Source: Piromyces finnis finn
Lineage: Eukaryota; Fungi; Neocallimastigomycota
NCBI GenBank assembly: GCA_002104945.1
Contig: MCFH01000023.1
Coordinates: forward strand, 496,001-560,000
Reading direction: 5' to 3'
Length of the DNA: 64,000 nucleotides
A program made the position numbers and the translations under genes. Position 1 is the first letter of the stretch; each line of letters starts with the position of its first letter. Of the stretch, positions 48,800 through 64,000 are shown in pieces. The notes under the pieces were generated by a model, which had not been told where the DNA came from, did not search any database, and was given only the letters and a program-made list of their open reading frames with translations.

Positions 48800-50635
48800 T
48801 TAATGAGATAGGACAATATCATCGACATTAATGTAATTTCCAGCATTAGCATTTGAATAAATACCAATTTGAATTTTACCTGAAGTAACATTAATATTAT
48901 TGATATTTACTTTTGTCCAATTATCAATCTTTTTGTTAATAGAAACATTCATTTCAGAACCACCATGGTTTTTTACATAAATATTAGCGATTTTTTGACC
49001 CCCTGAACTTTTAACCCATGCTTCCAAATTATAAAGACCATTTGATAAACTAAGATCTTGAACAAAGGAAGCTTCATATGCTGAATTCGACCATAATTCA
49101 GCACAAAAGTTACCAGTATGACCACCACTTTTATTTTTTGTTCCAGTACCCCATGATCTCCAACCAGCTAATGTTGTTTGTTGAACTCTATCGGCTTCAA
49201 AAGATGGATTAAGACAATAGTTATTACCTTGTCCTATACTCCATTCACCTGTGTTGGAATTTATACTCCATTCACTAAGGGAATTAAATTTAACATTACT
49301 ACCATTAACGGTTAATGGGACCCATTGATTATAGCCAAGACCATTACCAGCAAAATCACTCCAACGATCACCACAAAATATAACGGTTTCTTGTTTTGAA
49401 CCTTTTATAGTATAGAAGAAGCCTGTTTGAGTAACATGAGAAAAATCTTCATCAGTACCTTCCATGACTTTCCATTCAGAATATGGACCATAGATATTAT
49501 CAGCAACCATATAATAACTATGGGAAGCATTCCAACCATGAAGATCTGAGGCACAGAAATAATACTTTCCTTTATACTTAAAGAGAGCATTTCCTTCTCT
49601 ACCATAACCTCTAGCTACTATTGTAGCTGGCTCAGCATAAAGGTAATCGGATTCACGAAGTTTTGAAACATATTGAATACCACGACCATTTTTATTTGAA
49701 CAAATAATATAAGCTTTTCCATCATCATCAATGAAAATAGTTTGATCACCAGTACCCATTCCAGTAATATTTGTAATGTTATCTTGTATTCTTTCAACTC
49801 TATAATTTCCAGTTGGAGAATCTGAAGAAGCAAACATAATACTATCATTATATTGAGCTACTAAAACATATCTTTTAGTATTTTTGCAATAAGCAACCCC
49901 AAGTCTACCAAACCAACTAGCATTTCCGAAATTTTGAGTCCTGGGGGTAATAATATCATTTTCGAATTTCCATTGAACCAAATCTGTAGAGGAATAACAA
50001 GTAACCGAAACAAAACTTGTATCACTATTTCTTCTAGTTGGATTATTTGCATATGTTTCTGCCCCTTTATAATGAACACCATACCAATAATACTTATCAC
50101 CAAATTTAAAAATACCACCACCTTGAGAATATATATTCTTTCCAGAAGTATCTTTCCAAAATATATTATTACGTATAATTCCAGAAGCTACTGCACTACT
50201 AGTATTATCATTGGCATTATCAATATCATCATCCTTATTATAATCATTAAAACTATACCTTCCTCTTTTAGCAGCATTAGCAGTTGGAATGCATTGTGAA
50301 TAATTATCAGTAATTTTAAAACATGTAAAATCACCTTCACAACAAGTACTTCCTTTAAAATTCTTACTATTATAAAAAAAATATATTTTATAAAATATGA
50401 AAATAATGTGAACAAAATAGTATAACTTTTATAATAATTAAAATAATATCAAAATAATATTTTTATTATTTTTTTATATTAATGAAATTTTCTTATGAAT
50501 ATTATTAATTAAAATTTATTCATACCCTCCACAAGTCATATAATGACGTTGACAAGTAGTATCAGTAGTAGAAGAAGAAAAAACAATTTTGGTTAAACAT
50601 AACACACCAAGAAAAAAAAAAAATTTCAGTTTCAT
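48800..50635 (-). CDS. Secreted CBM1 - GH43 (subfamily 24-like, putative exo-beta-1,3-galactanase) - C-terminal beta-sandwich CBM, 558 aa
   Basis: Exons 50635-50526 and 50366-48800. Signal peptide, then CBM1 CQRHYMTCGGKNFKGSTCCEGDFTCFKITDNYSQC, then WKDTSGKNIYSQGGGIFKFGDKYYWYG, GDQTIFIDDDGKAY, REGNALFK, HVTQTGF, GDRWS, then a CBM-like domain from NPSFEAD to VDDIVL. Confidence 0.85.
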
Positions 50636-51862
50636 TTTTTTATATAAAATATTTAATTAAAAAATTTTTTTTTATAAACATTAAATTCTGATAATAAATT
50701 ATTTCTCTTTTTTTTTCCTTTTTTTTTTTTTCTTTCTTTAAAATAATTATTCCTTTTTAAAATATCTTTTTTTTTTTTCAAGTATTTGATATTTAAAAAA
50801 AAAAAAAAAAAGAATATAAAAAATATGAAAATATTAATATTTTTTATATGATTAATAAATTAAATTTCAATTATAGGTAACTATTAAATTATTATCTCAT
50901 TATGAATCATCATTTTTCATTTATAAATTCACCTTTCAAAATTAATTTTAAACTTTAAAAATTATAAAAAATTTTTAATAACTTATTTAGGACTTACGGA
51001 TGGTATATATTAAAATTTATAACCTACACGCACGCATTATGTATTATAATAATAACATAGAAAAAATAATAATTATAATAATAATTAAAATAAAAGAAAC
51101 TAATTATTATTACTATAATCATTCTTATTATACAATATATTTTTTTATACTATAAAAATAGTTGAATTCTTAAATAGCTGATTTTATATTTTTATATATA
51201 TTATAAATATTATATACCTTGATTTATCACATGATTATAAAAATATGATAATCATACTAATGTACTAAATAAAAAAAACTACATTATAATCTATCCTAAC
51301 ATTACATTAATTTATGTTTATATAACATTTATAGTAATATTAATTATATTATTAATTAAGGTTTTTATATTCATTTTATTTTTATTTGTATCTTTTATTA
51401 TTTTAAAAAATAAAAAGGAAAAATTATATTAAATTCTATCTTATTGCAAACTTTGGATTTTATAATAAAGTATATTTACTTATTTTACTTTATTATTTTT
51501 TATTTTTTTTATATAGCTTTTTTATTAATTATATTCTATATCCTTTATAAATATCATATTTAAATATATATAAATATATATATTCAATTTATATATATAT
51601 ATTTTTTTTTATTTCTTTTTTTTTTAAATATATCCAAACTTTTTTTTTTATCTTTATCTTCTAATATTTATCCACATTTAAAATTTTTTTCGAAAAAAAA
51701 AAACTTAAATGTAAAACTATTTAAAAATATATCTAAATTGTTTTTTTTTTTTTTTTAATATAATTATTATATAACTTTTTTAAAAGAATAAAATTTTCAA
51801 ATCTCAAAAAAATATAAATATATGAAATATATTTTTATGTTTATTTTAATTAATTATTAAAA

Positions 51863-57497
<5,635 letters not shown>

Positions 57498-58082
57498 TCA
57501 TTAAATTATATTAAAAATTAATACTTTATAAAAATATATAAATAAATATCTTTAGTTTTTATTTACTCATCATTTATTTATTATTTATATTTTTCATTTT
57601 ATTATTAATTCTTGTATTTTAAATTACTGTTTATAAAATTCTATATATAATTTTTATAGATAATTTATTTTGTTAATTTTATTATATTCATTTTCTTCTT
57701 ATTACCTTTTTTTTTTTTTTAATTTATATATATATCATCTTAATTTTTCTTTAAAAAAGTTAGAATAAAAAAAAAAAAAAAAAAAACTATTTATAAATCT
57801 ATATTTGAAATATAAAAAATATTTAATATACATTTTTATTTAAAATATATATATACGAAGATTATATTATATATAATATACATTTTCATTTTCATTTTAT
57901 ATATGAAAATTATAGTATAATATTTAATAATAATTGCTTTTTTTAAACTAACTTTTATGATTATTTATAATTTATAAATTATTATTTCATCATCTAATTA
58001 CACTGTTAATTTTTAATTTATTTTGTGTTAATGTTTGGATAAATTTTATCTTTTAATAAATATTTTTTTTATAAAATCATAT

Positions 58083-60333
58083 TTATAGTTCATCTTCAGA
58101 TCCAGGGACTGGACTTCTAATAGGTGATAATGGAGATGACATTCCATCTATACGTTTTCTACGTTCATCGTTACCTTCAACACTGTTTCTACTATCTCTT
58201 CTTAATTTACTATATCTTGATGTTCTTGGTGACATAGGTGATTCATTATCATTACGCTTTATTGGGGAAGGAGAATTTTTTCCTTTTTCTGCTTGTTCTC
58301 TCATTGAACCTTCTCTATTATTATCATAATATCTATTATTTTTTCTGACAGAATCTTCTCTTTCGTATCTTCTATCATTATCTTCAGAATATCTTTTTCT
58401 TTCATTATCATACTTTCTTCTTCTATCATCATCATATCTTCTTCTTCTTTTATCATCTTCTTCATCATCATATCTTCTTCTTCTTCTATCATCTTCTTCA
58501 TCATCATATCTTCTTCTTCTATCATCTTCTTTATCATCATATCTTCTTCTATCATCTTCTTCATCATCATATCTTCTTCTTCTATCATCTTCTTTATCAT
58601 CATATCTTCTTCTTCTATCATCTTCTTCATCATCATATCTTCTTCTTCTATCATCTTCTTCATCATCATATCTTCTTCTTCTATCATCTTCTTCATCATC
58701 ATATCTTCTTCTTCTATTATCTTCTTTGTCAGAATATTTTCTTCTATCGTCATTATATCCTCTCCTATCATCTTCGTCAGAATATCTTCTTCTATCATCA
58801 TTATATCTTCTTCTATCATTTTCATTGTATCTTTTTCTATCATCATATCTTCTATCACTATCAGAATATCTTCTACTATCCTCATTTGAATCATTTTCAT
58901 CCTTATTATCACCTTCATCTATTTCATTTTGATCTTTTGAATTATTATTATCTAAATTGGATTCATCTGTTTGTTTTTCTTTCAAGGCTTGTTCTTCAAG
59001 TTCTATTTTTGACATATCATTACTTTTTGCAAAAACACTATCAGCATAGTAATTTGATGGTGATTTGGTAAGTACATCAACTCTACTATCATTAACAAGT
59101 ACTTCCGGTTTATTAGAATTACCACCTGCCATATAATTTGTGGTAAGTAAGTTATTATTATAACCTTGATTATTATATCCTTGGTCCAAATAACCTTGGT
59201 TATTGTTAACATATCCTTGATTATTATATCCTTGGTCAAAATAACCTTGATTCATTCCTTGATTTTGGTATTGGTTATTATAGCCTTGATTATTATAATC
59301 TTGGTTATTATATTGATTATTATATCCTTGATCATATACTTGATTATATCCTTGATTATATTGATCACTATATTGATTATTATACTGATTATTATATTGG
59401 TTATTATATTGATTATTATATTGGTTGTTATTATAGTTATTATAACCTTGTTGGTTGTTATAATCTTGATCATATCCTTGATTATAAGCATTTTGATCAT
59501 ATTGTTGATTATAATTTTGGTTAAAATCAGCGTATGATGGTGTAGAAGTTACCATTGGTTTTGAAATACCTAAATTGTATGGAGGAGAAGCTACTGGAGC
59601 TGAAGCTGGAGCAGATTCATAAACAGTAACAGTAACAGGTACTTCAACTGGAACTTCGACTGGAACTTCAACTGGAACTTCAACTTTTTGAACTTTTACT
59701 CTATTATCATATGGATTTGACATTGGGGTAGTAGCTTTCATCTGAGTTCTGCCATAATTGTTACCATAATTACTTGAATTATTTGAATTGTTAATGTTTG
59801 GTCTATTTGAATTATTTATATTTGCTCTACCAGAGGTCTTATTTCCGGTATAGTTTGAAACAGGCTGAGGTTGTTTACGATCTTTGCTACTACTAGAACC
59901 ACCACCGCTACAACAACATCCACAACAACAGCAACATCTAATACATTCATATATGCTCTTGAAACAACAAAATACTGATAATACAATAATTAACGCTATA
60001 ATAGCAAGACCACCATATACATAGTATTTATCTATTATAAAAGTGGGGAAAAATATTTATAATTAATTAAATTTTAATTTTTAATTATATATAATAATAA
60101 GTTTAATTTTAATAAATACATTTTTCCCAAGTTTCTTCAAGCCATTCAGTAAAGGATTGTTTCAATTTTGTTTTTCCTTCATCAAGCTTTTGATCAATTT
60201 TATTATTTATAGATTCTGTAGCTTTATTTTCTACTTCATCTCCAAATTGTTGAATATCTAAACAAACTACATCTTGAACTAATATAAGTAATATTAGCAT
60301 ATAAAGAATTAAAAATTTGGTGAATTTATTCAT
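58083..60333 (-). CDS. Orphan single-pass membrane protein, 720 aa, with a Cys cluster and a long low-complexity tail
   Basis: Exons 60333-60120 and 60031-58083 splice in frame. Signal peptide, ~50-aa ectodomain, TM helix (YVYGGLAIIALIIVLSVF), CCFKSIYECIRCCCCCGCCC, then VEVP, N/Q/Y and R/D/E repeats. Confidence 0.82.
58430..58715 (-). repeat. Coding minisatellite, ~33-bp unit (RRRRYDDEEDD), 8 copies
   Basis: Forward-strand unit tcttcttcttctatcatcttcttcatcatcata, with unit-length variants of 3-5 Arg. Confidence 0.92.
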
Positions 60334-63300
60334 TTTTGCTTTCTTTTTTTATTATATATATAGTGTAACAAAAATTTAAAAAACAAATTTTTTATTGTTA
60401 ACTTTTTTAAATTTTTAGTACTTGATTTATCTTAATATTTATAATCTTTTACCTTTTTTTTTTTTTAATTTTACTTTTTAAAATATTCTTGACTTGATTT
60501 ACTAATGTTAGAATTAATATATTATGTTTAAATTAATTCGTATATTATTTTATTGATTCGAAATTTCTTTATAAAAATCAAATTAAGTATTACTACAATA
60601 TATTTTAAAATCAAAAATAGTATTTGTTATTATTTGATTTCTTTACTATTATTTTTAATAGTTTTCGATTATTATTTTTTAACTTAAATAAATAGGAAAA
60701 AAAAAAGGATATATATAAAATTTTTATAAAATAATAAAATAAATAGTTTTATTATTTTATATATTTTCTTTTTTTTATTTATTATTTTTTTTTCCTTTCT
60801 TTTTCTTTAAGGTTTTTGTTTTTTCCTTTTTAATAAAATATTACTAAAAAAAAAAAAAAAGGTTTTTTTTTTAAAAAAAAGAAAGTATAATTATTTTTAA
60901 AAGTATCAATAATAATAATAATAAAAAAAAAAAGAATGATTATATTATTTATCTAATTCAATTTAATTAATTACACTTATTTTATTTATAAATATATTTC
61001 TTATAAAATTAATATATTATTAATATATTTAATTAATATTATAAAATGATTATATAATATTAATAGTTTTATTACACAATACCAATTAATATATAATAAT
61101 AATAAAAATGAATAAAAAATTTTGTGTAATAAAACCTCTTTTTTAATTTATAGGTGCTATATTTGTATAACCAATATTTTAATTAAATAAGAAAAATAGT
61201 TGATTTATTTTATATACTAAATTTAAAAAATATAATATATAATCATTTAATTGGTATATATTGAAATCAAATTCTTGTTAAAATATATTTATAATAAATA
61301 TATTAATTTCATAAATTTAGTTATTTAAGCATTTATATAATAAATAAAGTTTATTATTTATAGGTAGGCAGGAATTTTGACAAAAAAAAAACCTCAATAA
61401 TGAAAATGAAAAAACAAAACTTAACAGCTTTTTTTTACTATTTCTAATGAAAAAAAAAAAAAGGAATTCGTTATATATATTTCGGACTATTATTAGTTAT
61501 TAAAAATTTTATAAATAGTGTATTTATTAGTATTTATGAATTACTTTTTTTTATAAAACAAATATATCTTCATAAATAAATTTTGTAAATATCCAAACAT
61601 AATTAAATTATAAAACAGAAACCAGTTTAATATATGTATATAAGCATTCATAATGTGACAAGAGAAGATATAAACTTTAATTCATTATTAAATATTTTAA
61701 TTGTTGGTTTTATATTGAAAAAAAGTGTTTTATTTTACCTAAATTCAGCACAATTCATTATTTCCTCTTCTTCTAACACACTATTTAACAATTTAACAAT
61801 CTTTGGTACTTTTTTTTAATAAATAATAAAGTTAAATTATACTAAAATTAAAAAAAAAATGACAGGCAACATGATAATTAAGAATTTTCGCAGCATTACA
61901 CAAATAATTCAATTAAACTTTATTAAATGGTCGTACAAATAAAATATTAAATCACAATTTATTTAGTCACATATAATAATATATTACAATGATTCAATGA
62001 AGATTTTGTTAACCCAATGAATATTTATAATCTAACCACACATTAAAAGAATTTCAGTTAATAACAATATACAAAATTGAAACTTTTTAATGTGGATTAA
62101 ATTAGGCAAAAAAAAGCATTGATGATATAGCTTTTAAATAAAATAAAAATAGTAAAAAAAAAAATATATATATAATTAATTATGTTATTAATAACTATCT
62201 TTCTTTATATATTTACCTAACAAAAATAATCATAATTGAAAGTATAAATTTTTATAATTTTTAAATTAAATTATATAATATAAATTTATTATGAAAAAAA
62301 AAACTATTTTAAACAAATTCAAAAAAGAAATAATACATTACTTATAATTTATATAGTTATTTTATTACTTGGTATTAAGAAATGAATCTATATTATGGTT
62401 GATTTCTATATTTCAATAAAATGAAATCATCATCATCAATAGTAATAGTATTTAACTTTTTTAAATTTTATTAATATTATATAATATAAAGAATTTATTT
62501 AAACAACAATTTATGAATTAGAGATAACTATAATTCATTATTCATCAATAATTACATAATTTTTATATTATGTATTTTAAAGTAAGAAAATTAAAAATAG
62601 CTTAGGTTTAAAAAAAGAGAAAAATATTCTAAAAAAAGTTTAATAAAAAATTTAAAAAATTATTAAAATATATAATAAAGTAAAAATAATTATAGATTGT
62701 ATAAAAATAATTATGATTACAAACATTTACATTTATATTATTCAATGAAAATTTTTTATAATTATTTATCTTATCCTGGGAAGATCCTACTTATAATAGA
62801 TAAAAGAATGGTTAAATCTAACCAACCCAAAATTACAATAAAAAATGTAATATCTATTTATGTACATTTTATGAAGGAAAAATTTTATATAATATATTTA
62901 AAAAAAAATAAAAAAATAAAAAATTTCCTTTAAAATATAAAAATATTTGTTGAAAATTTAATTTCGAGTATTATTTAAAATAAAAGAAACATAAAAATCA
63001 ATAAAATAAATAAAACTGTATAATATAAATGTAATTTTTTTTGTAATAATAAATAAATTTATTATTATTGTTTATATTTGCTTAACAAAAATGATAAAAT
63101 AAAAAACTAAATTTATACATTAATGCATAGACTTTAAAATTCTTGTGAAATAGTACAAAAAATATTATAATAGATTAATGTTTTATATTTTTATGATATA
63201 ACATATCATATTACTTCTTTTATTTGTTGTAATTAGTGCTTAATTATTAATTAAGTTATATAATTATAAATCGGATAGTATAATATTAGCAAATATTAGC

Positions 63301-63634
63301 ATTTTCTCAAAAAAATTATATATATAAAGTATTAAAAAATCATAGTAATATTTAATTATAAAAATATAAATTATTTATTCTTTTTATTTTTTCAACTTGA
63401 ATGTCTATTAAAAAAAATATACATTAAACTATTATGACTATAATAAATATATTATTAAAAGTTTTATGTGATTATAATTAAAAAGAATAATTTTATTATT
63501 AGTATAAAGTTATATTAAATTAATTCGGTTTGAAAGAATAAATGAATAAAGATGCAATAAAATAAAAAATATTATGTAAAAAATATTATTCTAAAACATA
63601 ATTTATAATACATTTATTACAGATAATTAATTTT

Positions 63635-63665
<31 letters not shown>

Positions 63666-63779
63666 CTATATAAAGTTTTTCAGGTAGATAATGAAAATGT
63701 TCAATAATTATTTATTCATGTATCATTCATTTTATTAATAATATTATATATATATTTTCTAATAAAAGCTAATATATAA

Positions 63780-64000
63780 ATGTCATTTAATAATCTAACG
63801 TTTAATGAAGTATTGGACGATTTATCAAGGTAATGAAGTTAATGTATGATACATTTTGTAAAGTATAATAAAATTCATTAATTTCTTTTTGCTTTTTTTG
63901 CTTTTTTTTTTTTCTTATTCATTATAAATAGTCGTTTCATCATTAATGTTCCAGTAGAAGAATTATCGTCAATTGAAAGAATATGTTTTCAAATTGAACA
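63780..64000 (+). CDS. DCP2: mRNA decapping enzyme Dcp2 (5' end, truncated by window edge)
   Basis: Exons 63780-63829 and 63932->64000 give MSFNNLTFNEVLDDLSSRFIINVPVEELSSIERICFQIE, the Dcp2 Box A motif. Confidence 0.9.

Noticed and set aside
58430-58715. CRISPR-like periodic repeat
   Set aside because: There are no unique spacers. It is a coding minisatellite in a eukaryotic gene.
58301-59537. Overlapping Met/Ile/Lys-rich alternative-frame ORFs
   Set aside because: They are by-products of low-complexity repeats in the real minus-strand gene.
60400-63770. ORFs 61634..61819 and 62697..62933
   Set aside because: They start at non-ATG or weak starts, have intergenic AT-rich composition, and show no motifs or splice partners.

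Overview
Extremely AT-rich, intron-rich eukaryotic genomic DNA, most likely from an anaerobic gut fungus (Neocallimastigomycota). The assignment is inferred from base composition, a hydrogenosome-type HydF, a CBM1-bearing GH43 and a class C GPCR with a beta-helix-like ectodomain. I stitched exons by hand using GT/AG boundaries. All family assignments come from remembered motifs, with no database search. Genes in order: a 5'-truncated homolog of CatSper-beta, an auxiliary subunit of the sperm-flagellum Ca2+ channel (the standout observation); NAD-dependent glycerol-3-phosphate dehydrogenase; a secreted Glu-rich protein; WDR83/MORG1; calmodulin; a same-strand cluster of LINE fragments; Grc3/Nol9 kinase; a protein with two cNMP-binding domains; ACT-domain phosphoserine phosphatase; the [FeFe]-hydrogenase maturase HydF with an organellar presequence; a vasculin/GPBP1-like protein; a CBM1-GH43(subfamily 24-like)-CBM enzyme; a class C GPCR; an orphan single-pass membrane protein with a Cys cluster, a prion-like region and mixed-charge repeats; and the 5' end of DCP2. 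No rRNA, tRNA or CRISPR array was recognised.
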